A stretch of 64,000 bases of DNA from Acidobacteriota bacterium (GCA_040755995.1 JBFMAF010000032.1:1-64000); one strand, 5' to 3'. Numbered from the stretch's first letter, positions 9,665 to 20,103 are shown. Numbers and translations: made by a program. Notes: generated by a model from the sequence alone, not told the origin.

Positions 9665-11761
9665 CTACTTCTCCTCCGCCTTCTTGAATACGCGGTTGCG
9701 GAGGAAGTCCTCGACCTTCCAAGGAGGTGGCTCCCCGCCGAGGTAGCTGTGAAACCAGTCGAGATGGGCTGTGTAGTAGAACGCCATCTCGTACCACGAG
9801 GGCCAGTGCCCTGCGTTGGAATAGACGATCAGGCGCGAGGGCACGTTCATCTTCTGCAGATAGGTGAAAGCATGGAGGCTCTGTGTGTATGTGAGCCGGA
9901 AGTCCTTCTCACCCGTGAGGATGAGCATGGGCGTCCTGAAGTTTTTCACGAGACCGGCGGGGTTCCATTTGACGTAGTCATCGGAATCCCACGGCGTGCC
10001 ATCGAGGTCGCGCTCGGGAAACCACAACTCTTCAGTGGTTCCATACATGGAAGACAGATCGAAGGTTCCCATCATGGCGGCAAGGCACCTGAAGGGGTTC
10101 GAATGTCCCTCGATCCAGAACATCATGTATCCGCCGTATGACCATCCCATCGCGCCCATGCGGTTCTTGTCCACATACGGGAGCTTCGAAAGATGATCGG
10201 CGACCTTCATGATGTCCTCATAGACCGCTCCGCCCCAGTCACCTCCGATGCTATCCGTGTACTCCTGCCCGTAGCCGTTCGATCCATGCGGGTTCGGGAA
10301 GGCCACGATGTAGCCTGAACCCGGGTATATCTGCCAATCGCCTCGGAACGAGTCGAGCCATTGCAGCTGAGGTCCGCCGTGTACGTTCAGGATGAGTGGA
10401 TACTTCTTGTTCGGATCGAACCTGTGCGGCTTGACGACGAAGACCTCCACGGGCTCTCCACCCGCGCCCGTTATTCTCATTCGCTCGGCCGGACGAATGT
10501 CCACCTCTTCCTCCACTGGCTTGTTGAAGAAGGTCAGTCGCGCCGGCGCAGTCTTTCCTGTCAGGTCATATCGCCAGATCTCCGTGGGCTCGCCCACCGA
10601 ACGTCGAATCGCCCACGCCACCGTCCCCTCGTCGTTGATCTCGAACGCGTCGAGAGTAGCGTGGCTGATGAGCTTGCTTATCTTGCCGGTGCCGATGTCT
10701 ATCGCGTAGAGCGGCGTCTCCCCGTGATCTTGTGCCGAGAAGACGATGCCCTTTCCATCGGCACGCCATCGGTGGGCGCCGGCCCAGTAATCGAAGTTCG
10801 AACGGTCGGTCAAGAGTCGCGACTCCCCGCTCTTCACGTCCAGCAGGGCCAGGCGGAAGAGGTCGGACTCGTACGCGGGGACCCGTTGCGTTATGTATGC
10901 CAGGCTTCTCCCGTCCGGCGCGAACCGCGGAGCTGTATCGGCCGCCGTGTTGGACACCGTCAGATTCCGTGGCGTTTCGATTCCGTCCTTCGCAGGGTCC
11001 TCCAGGAAAAGGTCGGAATTCGTTGACTCGGCCGGATTGCGTGCGCGCTTCGACGCGAACACGAAGTTCGTCCCGTCAGGAGAGATGTCGTAGCGCTGCT
11101 CTCCATCGAGCGAGAACACGGGCGACTCGTACGGCCCGGGCGTGAGATCGCGCACCTTGCCGCCCAGGTCCACGGCCAGAACATGGTCCATCTTGCCATC
11201 CGCCCAGGAATCCCAGTGGCGATAGAGCAGAGCGTCAGCCATGTGGGCTTTCAGAGGGCCCTCGGTCCAGGTCTCGGCCATGTCCTTGTTGCACGCGTCG
11301 TCGGCTCCGCACTCCGGGAATACGGTGGAGGTGAATACTATGCACGTGCCGTCCGGCGACCAGATGGGCTGCGATACGCCTGTTGAAATGCGTGTTAGCT
11401 GCCTTGGTTCGCCTCCATCGAGCGGGAGAAGATAGAGCTGATCCAAGCCCGTTCTGTCGGAAACAAACGCCAGCGTTCTTCCGTCCGGCGACCAGGCGGG
11501 CGAATGATCCTGCTTCTCCCCAGCGGTGACTTGCCGCAGGCCGGACCCGTCGGTCCCCATGATCCACACCGCCCTCGTACGTTCGGCTTTCTCCAGATTC
11601 AGAGTAGCAACCGTGAACGCCAGGAACTTCTTGTCTGTAGAAACCGACAGGTCGCTGATCGACTTCAAACGGTAGAGGTCCGTGAGCTGAAACGGCCTCT
11701 TCTCGGAAGCCGAGGCGGCGAGGGGAATGACGAGCATCACAATCGCGACTGTTTTCCGCAT
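9665..11761 (-). CDS. Secreted S9 family serine peptidase (acylaminoacyl/dipeptidyl peptidase)
   Basis: Signal peptide MRKTVAIV after an AAGGAG RBS (start moved to 11761); PD40-like repeats, HGGP, GWSYGG, GEKDFR, AGH. Confidence 0.9.
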   Translation of the reverse strand: MRKTVAIVMLVIPLAASASEKRPFQLTDLYRLKSISDLSVSTDKKFLAFTVATLNLEKAERTRAVWIMGTDGSGLRQVTAGEKQDHSPAWSPDGRTLAFVSDRTGLDQLYLLPLDGGEPRQLTRISTGVSQPIWSPDGTCIVFTSTVFPECGADDACNKDMAETWTEGPLKAHMADALLYRHWDSWADGKMDHVLAVDLGGKVRDLTPGPYESPVFSLDGEQRYDISPDGTNFVFASKRARNPAESTNSDLFLEDPAKDGIETPRNLTVSNTAADTAPRFAPDGRSLAYITQRVPAYESDLFRLALLDVKSGESRLLTDRSNFDYWAGAHRWRADGKGIVFSAQDHGETPLYAIDIGTGKISKLISHATLDAFEINDEGTVAWAIRRSVGEPTEIWRYDLTGKTAPARLTFFNKPVEEEVDIRPAERMRITGAGGEPVEVFVVKPHRFDPNKKYPLILNVHGGPQLQWLDSFRGDWQIYPGSGYIVAFPNPHGSNGYGQEYTDSIGGDWGGAVYEDIMKVADHLSKLPYVDKNRMGAMGWSYGGYMMFWIEGHSNPFRCLAAMMGTFDLSSMYGTTEELWFPERDLDGTPWDSDDYVKWNPAGLVKNFRTPMLILTGEKDFRLTYTQSLHAFTYLQKMNVPSRLIVYSNAGHWPSWYEMAFYYTAHLDWFHSYLGGEPPPWKVEDFLRNRVFKKAEEK

Positions 11762-12011
11762 AGGGTTCTCCTTCCCGGGGTCGACGGACCCTCGTTCATA
11801 ATACGCTCCGGCGGACCCGAGGTTGCGACTCCCGCTGCACGCCGGCGCGGGTGCTGTTGAAGAACATCGGGGCGTAAATGCCGATGTCGGTGTCCGCTCC
11901 CAAGCCCGCCTGGTTGCCGATCGCGGGATCGCGGGCGTGATCGTGGACCTGAGCGTCGAGTTCTCGGGCTCCCGAACGCCAGTCGAGCAAGGCGTCACCC
12001 TGGCTCAGCCA

Positions 12012-12962
12012 TCACTCTATTCTCTCCCATGTCAGCACAAGCACCTTGGGGTTCGGATCGCCGGCGGTGCGAAGGGGTGGGCCGCTGACGATCAGTCTGT
12101 TGCCCTCGAAACGTGTGAACCTTGTTTGATCTCCTCCGATCCAGGTTGGGTCAGTGGCGACTTCCACATGGTGGACGACCCCTTCCTGGGTCATGGTATA
12201 GGTTCCCGCGTACCCGAAGGAGTTGCGAAACAGCATTGCCTGCTCCTCCACTGATGATTCGCTGGTGGTTGGGACTGCGATCTTCCGGTCAGCTGCCGCA
12301 AGGAGCGCGCTCATTCTCCCGCCCGGCGTATAACACAACAAACCGATCGGATCCTTGCCCCAAAGATCTGTTTCCTTTCCAGTTGATTCGTCCAGATAAG
12401 TCATGGAAAGAAGCTTCCATGTCCCAACGATCCGGTTCGCCGGCAATACAGCGGTTGGCGTCCCGGTCTCGCCCTTGTTGGGTTCGAAGGACTGAATATC
12501 TCCGGATACGAGAGCCCTTTTCTGCTCAGCTGTATGCGTGTGGACATAGACCCATTTCTTGTCGATGCTCGTTTGCCTCGCCAGAGAAGAGGCAACGCTG
12601 TGCATGAGCCTCCCCACCAAATCGTCGGTCAGAGAGCCGGGAACATACAGATCCACGAAGATCGGATGATCGTCCACCCCCTTGCCCATGCAGTTGATCT
12701 CGTCGAAAACCTGCCAGAAGCATGTGATCAAAGATCGATCCAGACCGGTGTCACGGGAGACATCCTTGCTGAGCTCGTCCAGCACCTCGGCCTTATCCAC
12801 CTTGATCGACGGAGGCGCGGTAATCCTGACCATGGGATCGCCCTGCGGTAGGCCGCCGGCAGCCCGGGCCTGGCGGGGCTGTACAACGACGAGTATCATC
12901 AGACAGACGATCGCCGGAAACGGCAAGACAGCTCCAATTGTTCCCTTCCGTCCGTAATTCAT
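12012..12962 (-). CDS. Exported tautomerase-like + lipocalin-like fusion protein
   Basis: Signal/TM segment; middle region resembling a MIF/tautomerase fold; C-terminal IVGTWKLLS...GLLCYTPGGRMSA...YAGTY lipocalin-like domain. Confidence 0.6.
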   Translation of the reverse strand: MNYGRKGTIGAVLPFPAIVCLMILVVVQPRQARAAGGLPQGDPMVRITAPPSIKVDKAEVLDELSKDVSRDTGLDRSLITCFWQVFDEINCMGKGVDDHPIFVDLYVPGSLTDDLVGRLMHSVASSLARQTSIDKKWVYVHTHTAEQKRALVSGDIQSFEPNKGETGTPTAVLPANRIVGTWKLLSMTYLDESTGKETDLWGKDPIGLLCYTPGGRMSALLAAADRKIAVPTTSESSVEEQAMLFRNSFGYAGTYTMTQEGVVHHVEVATDPTWIGGDQTRFTRFEGNRLIVSGPPLRTAGDPNPKVLVLTWERIE

Positions 12963-13086
12963 GGATCGCTTCCTCCTGTCTTGGGACCTCGGCCTTGAAC
13001 CCAGGATAACCGGTGCAGATATTTCCGCTAAAGGGTCAGAAATGCAACCTCCATGACCTACTGCGTGTTGTTACGCCGGTCTCGAA

Positions 13087-13127
13087 GAAACTTTCAACCT
13101 ACAATATTCGTCTCACAATTTCGTCTA
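13087..13127 (+). promoter_or_regulatory. Candidate ECF-sigma autoregulatory promoter
   Basis: GAAAC at 13087 and two CGTCT -10-like boxes (13109, 13122) just upstream of an ECF sigma gene. Confidence 0.3.
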
Positions 13128-13137
13128 CAGCTCGTAG

Positions 13138-13725
13138 ATGATGGATGAAGGGATGAGAGAGCAGTGGCCGATGGCGGAGCAAGATCAGCGGATTCTCGAG
13201 GTGATCAAGCGGGAGCAGTCACGGCTGCGCAACTTCATACGCCGGCGCGTGCCCGACCCGCGCGACGCCGAGGACATCCTGCAGGACGTCTTCTACAAGC
13301 TGGCGGAAGCGAACCGCCTGCTCATGCCGATCGACCACGTCACCGGCTGGCTGTTTCGCGTGGCGCGCAATCGCATCACCGATCTCTTCCGCCAGAAGAA
13401 GACGCAGAGCTTCAGCGACAGCAATGTCGCGGACGATGAAGACGAACTGCTGCACCTGGAGGACCTGCTGCCTTCCTCCGAGGCCGGACCGGACGCACTT
13501 TACGCCCGGAGCGTGCTCCTCGACGAAATCGAGCTGGCGGTCGAAGAGCTGCCGGAGAAGCACCGCGCGGTGTTTGTTGCGCACGAGCTGGAAGGGCGCA
13601 GCTTCAAGGAGATCGCCGCCGAGACCGGCGTGAGCCTGAATACGCTGCTCTCGCGCAAACGCTACGCGGTGCTGCATCTGCGCGAGCGATTGCAAAGCAT
13701 TTACGACGAACTTACGAAAGGATGA
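13138..13725 (+). CDS. ECF RNA polymerase sigma-70 factor
   Basis: DAEDILQDVF, WLFRVARNRITD, region 4 SFKEIAAETGVSLNT. Confidence 0.92.
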   Translation: MMDEGMREQWPMAEQDQRILEVIKREQSRLRNFIRRRVPDPRDAEDILQDVFYKLAEANRLLMPIDHVTGWLFRVARNRITDLFRQKKTQSFSDSNVADDEDELLHLEDLLPSSEAGPDALYARSVLLDEIELAVEELPEKHRAVFVAHELEGRSFKEIAAETGVSLNTLLSRKRYAVLHLRERLQSIYDELTKG

Positions 13726-13735
13726 GGGACCGAAC

Positions 13736-14071
13736 ATGAGAAGGAGATGGGTTCTCATTGCTCCACTGGCGATTCTGGGGATGCTGGTATTCATCGCCAT
13801 CGGCGGCGAAGTGGTGCGGCTGCTGTGGAATTGGCTGCTGCCGACGCTATTCGGGTGGCCGCAGCTCAGCTTCTGGCAAGCGCTTGGGATCCTGGCGCTG
13901 TGCCGGATCCTCTTCGGCGGAATTGGATTGCGCGGTTCCGGTCGCTCCAGTCTCCGCCGTCGCATGGAAGAGCGCTGCGAGCACATGACCCCCGAAGAGC
14001 GGGAACGATTCCGGCAAGGCATGCGTGAACGTTTTGGCTTCGGCCCCGCGAGCGAGAGCAAGGGGCAATGA
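13736..14071 (+). CDS. Small membrane protein co-encoded with the ECF sigma (possible regulator)
   Basis: GAGGG RBS; hydrophobic LWNWLLPTLFGWP..SFWQALGIL and charged tail MTPEERERF. Confidence 0.75.
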   Translation: MRRRWVLIAPLAILGMLVFIAIGGEVVRLLWNWLLPTLFGWPQLSFWQALGILALCRILFGGIGLRGSGRSSLRRRMEERCEHMTPEERERFRQGMRERFGFGPASESKGQ

Positions 14072-14164
14072 AGGCGTCCCGACAGCGCCCAAGGCAATGC
14101 CGATCTGTCCAGACCAGATCGGCAAAGTCGCTCGGGACGGCCCTGCTCGTACGTTCCGCGGATT

Positions 14165-15514
14165 CTACCGCGGCGCCGGCGCGCTCCCGGGCGCCGCTCT
14201 ACCGGCCTCCGGCAACCTGCGCACAATCACCAGGGTGAAGTCGTCCGGGTAGGATCGGTCCTGCGTGAGGGCCCGAGTGGCGTTCACGATGCACTCTATC
14301 AGACCGTCTGCGGGCTGGTCCCAGTGCACGCGGATGTATCGCTCCAGTCCCAAAGCGCCGAACTCGGCGCCGTTCTCTCCCGAAAGATCCACCACTCCGT
14401 CTGTATAGAGCGCCAGGATGTCGGCCGGCTCCAGTCTGACCGTAGCCGCCTCGTAGGCGGCGTCGGCACTGATGCCCAGCAGCAGACCTCCGCGGTCCAG
14501 CAGCTCCGTGCGGCCGTCCGCGTGCAGCAGGAGCGGACGGGTGTGCCCGCAGTTCACGTATGTGAACCTGCCCGTTTTCGGCTCAAGCACACCGAACACA
14601 GCTGTGACGAACGTGGCAGTGTGCGTCGATTCCAAGAGAAACAGATTCACCGCGCGGATGATCCGCGTAATGTCCGTCTCGTATCCGACCTGGGTGCGCA
14701 GCGCGGCCCGGAATGTCGCCATGATCAGGGCTGCCGCCACACCCTTGCCGGAGACGTCGGCGATCGCGATGCCGACGTTGCCACTGGGAAGCGGCAGATA
14801 GTCGAAGTAGTCTCCGCTGATGCTCAGATTGGGGAGGTTCACGGCGGCGACGTCGTAGCCCGGGAGCTGCGGAGGCCCGTCCGGGAGCAGGCCCGCCTGG
14901 ACATCGCGCGCGATCTTCATCTGATACTCGAGATGCTTGTTTTCGACGAGGTGCCGGTGGAGCATCGCCTTCTCGATTGATATGGCCGCGACACCGCAGA
15001 GGAATCGAAGGATCTCAGCGTGTGTTTCGTTGAATGCATCCAGGCGGTCGCTTTCGAGGTTCAGCGCTCCGACCACCTGCTGCTCCACGACGATCGGCAT
15101 TGCGATCTCGGATTGCGTCCCCGGGCGGCCCTCCACGTAGCGCGGGTCCTCTCGGACATCGCTCGCGATCACGGCCTCGCCTGTCCGGATGACATGTCCG
15201 ATGATGCCCCTTCCCCACTTCAGCATCGGATCATCCTCGCGAGGCGCTCGGGGGAACCCGCGAAGAGCCGTCCCGGCGATGATATGCGTGTAAGGGCTGT
15301 GTGGGAACGGGTGGAAGTTCGTCTTCAAGACGAAGATGCCGGCTGCGTCGTAGTCAACCACGCTCTTGACGGCATCGATCAGGTGGTTGAGCACCTCGTC
15401 GAGATCCAGCGTGCCCCGCACTTCCTCTGTGATCTCGGTCAGCAGCCGATACCTCAGCTCGAAGCTGAGTTCCCGTCGCCCGTCCGTCCGCGCCACGTTC
15501 CCCAAGCTCCCCAT
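14165..15514 (-). CDS. GAF-domain PP2C/SpoIIE (RsbU-like) phosphatase
   Basis: GAF region (DVREDPRY, SEIAMPI) plus SGDYFD, ADVSGKG, YTDG and DDFT. Confidence 0.9.
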   Translation of the reverse strand: MGSLGNVARTDGRRELSFELRYRLLTEITEEVRGTLDLDEVLNHLIDAVKSVVDYDAAGIFVLKTNFHPFPHSPYTHIIAGTALRGFPRAPREDDPMLKWGRGIIGHVIRTGEAVIASDVREDPRYVEGRPGTQSEIAMPIVVEQQVVGALNLESDRLDAFNETHAEILRFLCGVAAISIEKAMLHRHLVENKHLEYQMKIARDVQAGLLPDGPPQLPGYDVAAVNLPNLSISGDYFDYLPLPSGNVGIAIADVSGKGVAAALIMATFRAALRTQVGYETDITRIIRAVNLFLLESTHTATFVTAVFGVLEPKTGRFTYVNCGHTRPLLLHADGRTELLDRGGLLLGISADAAYEAATVRLEPADILALYTDGVVDLSGENGAEFGALGLERYIRVHWDQPADGLIECIVNATRALTQDRSYPDDFTLVIVRRLPEAGRAAPGSAPAPR

Positions 15515-15790
15515 CCAGTTCTACGATAGCATACCGGCACTGGTTCCGGCAGCCTCATTGAACGAACGAGGGACGGTAGTTCCGCCGTCGGCCTCGAAAC
15601 AAAAGCTTGCTGTTCTGCGTACCAGATGAGGTGTGCTCGTCAGTTGGGCAAACTCGAGGGGGTGTTGACCGAAGCGAACGTAGTCGCAAACGTGAACGAT
15701 GCGACCGCCAGGGATTCGTTCAGGTTCACGTCTATCAACGCAAGGACGATGCCACTGGATCACAGCCGATTCTGGCGCCGGGAGGCACCA

Positions 15791-16813
15791 ATGTTCCAGA
15801 CTGAACCGAACCTCTACTTGCAGTCGCTCGGGTCCGATTGGTTCACAGCGCTGATGAAGGCCGTGTCATGGATGGGCTACGAGCCGTTTTTCGTCGCGGT
15901 AGTGGGGCTGCTTGTCGCCGGCGTGAACTTCCGCAAGGGATTCCTGCTTCTCCAGCTGATGCTGTGGCAGGGTGCCGCCATCTCCGTGCTGAAAGACGTC
16001 TGTGCGCTGCCTCGACCGGCGCAGGTCGACTCGAGAGTGTTGTACAAGGGACGGCCCAATCCATGTCCGTTCACGGACATGGGCGCTGAGGGCTTCTTCG
16101 AGCCGCTGCCTCGCGAGGTGGTCGACTACTATCGCGCCACTATTCCGAGAGGCCATGACGAGTTCGGATTCCCATCGGGTCACGTTCAGAGCACCGCAGG
16201 TCTGTGGGGCGGCCTCTGCGCTCTGTTCGGCGGCCGCCTGATCATCTGGGCGACACCGCTGATCGTCGCAGTGATGGCACTGTCCAGGATGTACTTGGGC
16301 GTTCACTTCCTCGCGGACGTGCTCGGAGGCGCGGCAGCCGCGGCGCTCCTGGTTCTGGCATTTCAGCAGCTCTGTGCCCGAGCGAACATGCAGTCACGAC
16401 TCTTCGACCGCTCAATCGTGTCGCACGCTTTCCGCCTGCCAAACCTGCTGTTCGCCTCATTCATGTTCATCATCCCGTTGCTGCTGCTGCCGTTCTACCC
16501 GGCGCGAAGCGGCCTGTTCCTCGGAGTCAACACCGGCTACCTCCTCGTCTTGCGGAACGGACTGCCCGTAGACTCCGGGAGCTTCCCGCAACGTGCGGCG
16601 CGCGTGTTGATGGGCTTCTCCATTTTCCTCGTCACCAGTCTCCTGATCAGGTACGCGATCGTCCTGTTCGGCATCGATGACGATGCTGCATCGGTCCGAT
16701 TCGCTGCGAAAGCCCTGCCCACCTTCATGATCGTCTGGGCGATGGTCGAGCTTTGCGTGAGACTCGGCCTGTACAAGCGTGAGCCCGCTCCAAGGCCCGG
16801 TGCCGCCGTCTGA
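15791..16813 (+). CDS. PAP2-family membrane phosphatase
   Basis: K......RP, FPSGH, SRMYLGVHFLADV; GGAGG RBS before ATG 15791. Confidence 0.88.
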   Translation: MFQTEPNLYLQSLGSDWFTALMKAVSWMGYEPFFVAVVGLLVAGVNFRKGFLLLQLMLWQGAAISVLKDVCALPRPAQVDSRVLYKGRPNPCPFTDMGAEGFFEPLPREVVDYYRATIPRGHDEFGFPSGHVQSTAGLWGGLCALFGGRLIIWATPLIVAVMALSRMYLGVHFLADVLGGAAAAALLVLAFQQLCARANMQSRLFDRSIVSHAFRLPNLLFASFMFIIPLLLLPFYPARSGLFLGVNTGYLLVLRNGLPVDSGSFPQRAARVLMGFSIFLVTSLLIRYAIVLFGIDDDAASVRFAAKALPTFMIVWAMVELCVRLGLYKREPAPRPGAAV

Positions 16814-16960
16814 CGGCAAGGAATTCTACAATAGTAGTAACGAAGCCTGCGCGAGGAGGCGTGACTCTGCGATCCGGCGGGTTCTTCGCGACCACGATGG
16901 CGGTTTGCCACCGACGCAATCATGTCCCGATCCTGCCGGATAGCCGTGGAATCCGGGTTA

Positions 16961-18055
16961 TTACAGTATGTGCGGGAAGCGGTACTTCCGGGGGCCTTCG
17001 AGGATGCCCGTCTCTTCCGCGCTCAACTCGTCGCACCGGATGCGCTCGATGAGATCGTTGTAGAGGACGCCCCGGTGCCGGCTCCTCAGGGCCCTGTAGT
17101 TCATACTGCTGACGGGTCGTATCTTCTCCAGCCGCGGGCTCTCCCACAGGAAGTTCTCGCTCGGTTCATTGCCAAGGTCGGCGATGACGTGGTCTGGATG
17201 GTACTTCACTTCGGGGGCCAGGTAGTTCAATCCGTCTGCACCAACCACCAGCATGAAGTGCGCCGCGTGATAGCCGTGGAATTTCAGCTCCGAGCTCGAG
17301 TATCTGCTCTTGGAGACGAACGCCTCGAACCCGTTCGAGCGTGACAGAAGGCTCAGGTACCCAGCCAGCGTCTCGGGCACACCTGCCTGGTTCACCTGCG
17401 CCAGATCATTCGATCCCCAGCCGGTGCACATCGGATGGAAGTAGATCCAGTGGGCGCCGGCGGATCGCACCCGCTCGGCCAGCGCCGGGAGGACGTGCGC
17501 GCGATCCTTCGATGTCAACGCGCTGACACCGATCTTGAGCGCGCTTCCGAGCTCGTCCACCCGCCTGCGAAGCGCCTCTACCTTCCCGAGCATCGGAGCC
17601 ATCTCCTCGAACACGCCTCCATCCCAGTCGTAAGCGGAGAGACGGATAGTAGAGGCGTATGACACGAGAGCCTCGACCACGCGCTCCTGGTGCAGCAGCG
17701 AGCCGTTGGTGACGACGGCGACGTCCACGAATCCGCGCTCGCGCGCGAGTCGCAGGACGTCGGGGAAGATCGGAGACATGGTCGGCTCCCCTCCGGTGAG
17801 CAGCAGCCCCCTGGTCTGGCCTTCGAGCGAGGCAAGGAGCTTGCCGACGAATCCCACGCTGAGATTGTGACCTTCCCCGCCCCTGCCGCTCGGGCAGTCC
17901 GCGCAGACGCGCGTGCAACGGCTGGTGATGTCGAGCTCGAGAGTTGCCGGGAATATCCGGTCGCCTTTCAGGTACGCGGCGATCTTCTCGGAGTGGTACG
18001 AGATCTTGTAGGCGGATGCGATCTCAGCCGCTGGTCCAAGGCGCTGCTCGTTCAC
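16961..18055 (-). CDS. Radical SAM protein
   Basis: CTRVCADC, LTGGEP, TNGSLL; GTG start overlapping the upstream stop (GTGA) with GAGGGG RBS. Confidence 0.85.
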   Translation of the reverse strand: MNEQRLGPAAEIASAYKISYHSEKIAAYLKGDRIFPATLELDITSRCTRVCADCPSGRGGEGHNLSVGFVGKLLASLEGQTRGLLLTGGEPTMSPIFPDVLRLARERGFVDVAVVTNGSLLHQERVVEALVSYASTIRLSAYDWDGGVFEEMAPMLGKVEALRRRVDELGSALKIGVSALTSKDRAHVLPALAERVRSAGAHWIYFHPMCTGWGSNDLAQVNQAGVPETLAGYLSLLSRSNGFEAFVSKSRYSSSELKFHGYHAAHFMLVVGADGLNYLAPEVKYHPDHVIADLGNEPSENFLWESPRLEKIRPVSSMNYRALRSRHRGVLYNDLIERIRCDELSAEETGILEGPRKYRFPHIL

Positions 18056-18969
18056 CGTAGTCCCCTCAATCCAATCTTCCGCCTCCACCGGTCAATGTAC
18101 CTGCCTTTCCCCCTGTAGCGCAAGTAGTACGAGAGCTCCATCGGGGTAACGCCGAAGGCGAGGGCTGCGCGCTTGAGGATGTTGATGCCGCCCTTCCGGA
18201 AATGAGTCCAGACGGACATGTCGCCTTCGCGCCGCAGGTGGTCCGCGACCACAGCATGCAGCTCGCTTGCCATGAAGTCCAGCTCGTTCAGCATGCGGTC
18301 ATGCCAGCGCCGATTCTCGTCGACCTCGCGCGTCGCGTACACATTGGGGCGGTCCCCAGCCGATATGATCACGACGGTGATCCTGGGGATCGCGCAAACA
18401 CACTTGCCGGCCCTCCAAGCGCGCAATAGAAGATCCTGCGACGGCGCGAGATAGCAGTCACGAGGATGCCGCCAGGGGCCGACCTGTTCGAGCACCTCCC
18501 GCCTCGCAAGCCAGAGCGACGACGGGATACCGGCGTTCGGGACGAATCGGCCACTGGTAATAGCCGGAGGAATCACGGTCCGGGCGCTTCCCTTCACGGC
18601 CAGCCCGAGCGTGTGAACGATGTCGGCCTGCGTCTCCTCGATGCCTCCCAATACGCTGTCGAGGTGATCGGGCAGCCAGAAATCGTCGTGGCTCAAGTAG
18701 GCGACGTATCGACCACGAGCGTGGCGGAACCCTTCGTTGTTCGGACCCCCCTGATCCCCGAAGTTCTTCTCGATATTGAAGAACCGGATCCGCGGGTCCC
18801 CGAACGACGCGACGACCGCCTCCGTGTCATCCGTGCATGCATCGCCGACTACGAGAAGCTCCCAGTCGGTGAACCGGGAGCGCAGGACGCTCGCGATCGA
18901 GAAGCACAGGACATTGCTGCGGTTGTAGGTAGCAATGATGACGGAGACGAGCGGGGTGCCCGGTGTCAT
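18052..18969 (-). CDS. Glycosyltransferase family 2
   Basis: VSVIIATYNR, VGDACTDDT, YLSHDDFW; start uncertain (frame open to 19131). Confidence 0.88.
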   Translation of the reverse strand: MTPGTPLVSVIIATYNRSNVLCFSIASVLRSRFTDWELLVVGDACTDDTEAVVASFGDPRIRFFNIEKNFGDQGGPNNEGFRHARGRYVAYLSHDDFWLPDHLDSVLGGIEETQADIVHTLGLAVKGSARTVIPPAITSGRFVPNAGIPSSLWLARREVLEQVGPWRHPRDCYLAPSQDLLLRAWRAGKCVCAIPRITVVIISAGDRPNVYATREVDENRRWHDRMLNELDFMASELHAVVADHLRREGDMSVWTHFRKGGINILKRAALAFGVTPMELSYYLRYRGKGRYIDRWRRKIGLRGLR

Positions 18970-19143
18970 TGCGTCGTTCTGTTCGCGCGAGGCGGCTGCG
19001 CGGCGGCGCGCCCCAGGCCCATTCGCGGCCATCGCCTCACCGGTCGCCGCCGTGCGGCGCGTCAAGAATGCTGGCCCGGGCCGCCGGGACGTCACTCCAC
19101 GTGAGCCGCTGTATGATCGCTCGATTTCCATTGGCTCCCCACA

Positions 19144-20103
19144 TCAGGACGGGCGCGTTCGCTCTGCTTTGAGCCTCGCCACCTCGGCTGGATCGAGCAG
19201 ATCCCCCAATCCACATCGCATGCAGATGTCGAGCTCGAAAATCCCGCAGCGCAGATTGCGCCTGGTGTGGCGGAACTCGGCCTTTCTCCAGATATCCTGG
19301 ACACGCTCGGTGCCCGCGTTCCCGTACACCGGCGCCGGTTCCCACTGGCGTGCGCATAGCACAATGCGCCCGTCGTGCCCGATCGTCAGGATCGCCTCCG
19401 GCAGTTGGCAAGCCCCGCATGCCTGTTGAACGCTGACGCACTGGTCGAGGGGAACGGCGCCCGATCGGTTCTGAAATCTGTCAAGGCCGCGAATCTTCTT
19501 GTAGTTGAGATCGTGGAAATGCAGGCTCCTCTTCTCCACCCGGTCCGCCTTCTGGTACGTGCGCGCGGCTTCTGCCGGCTCGTCGATGACGTAGCGGTCG
19601 CCGGCGATCTTGAAGTGATCTGAGACATCGAAATCCCTGACGCCGGCCCGGCGAAGATCGCGGAAGAGCTCGAGGGTGAGCAGGTCGCCGTTGGTCAGCA
19701 AGTTCACCGTGCATCCGGGCAGATGGCCTTTGGCGTATTCAACGAGTGACGGTAGTCTGGGATCCAGAAGAGGCTCACTCCACGGGGCGAACAGCATAGT
19801 ACCCTGGTATCGTATCTCGGCCAGGTCATGGATGATCTTGTCGTACAAGGACCGCTCCATGACCAGGTTCTCCCGCGGCGACCAGAAGTGCGGGCAGTAC
19901 GGGCAACGCCGGTTGCATGCCGTCGTGTTCTCGATGGCGATGGCCCGCGGCGCAGACCTGCGCCTGTAGTAGGCCTCGCGCAGAAAACCCATCCTGTTCC
20001 AGAGATAGTCCAAGTACGGCAGGCTCCGGACGCGCTCATTCTTGTGGATCCGATCGACGATCTCGCTCAGAAAGTCCCTGGTAGGCATTCGCTGTTTCCA
20101 CAT
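19144..20103 (-). CDS. Radical SAM protein with SPASM/Twitch domain
   Basis: CNRRCPYC, SEPLLD, TNGDLL; C-terminal CQLP...DGRIVLC...CMRC. Confidence 0.88.
   Translation of the reverse strand: MWKQRMPTRDFLSEIVDRIHKNERVRSLPYLDYLWNRMGFLREAYYRRRSAPRAIAIENTTACNRRCPYCPHFWSPRENLVMERSLYDKIIHDLAEIRYQGTMLFAPWSEPLLDPRLPSLVEYAKGHLPGCTVNLLTNGDLLTLELFRDLRRAGVRDFDVSDHFKIAGDRYVIDEPAEAARTYQKADRVEKRSLHFHDLNYKKIRGLDRFQNRSGAVPLDQCVSVQQACGACQLPEAILTIGHDGRIVLCARQWEPAPVYGNAGTERVQDIWRKAEFRHTRRNLRCGIFELDICMRCGLGDLLDPAEVARLKAERTRPS

Noticed and set aside
11796..12011. 64-aa minus-strand ORF between the lipocalin fusion and the S9 peptidase
   Set aside because: No RBS and no family I can recognise; may be a remnant but is unsupported
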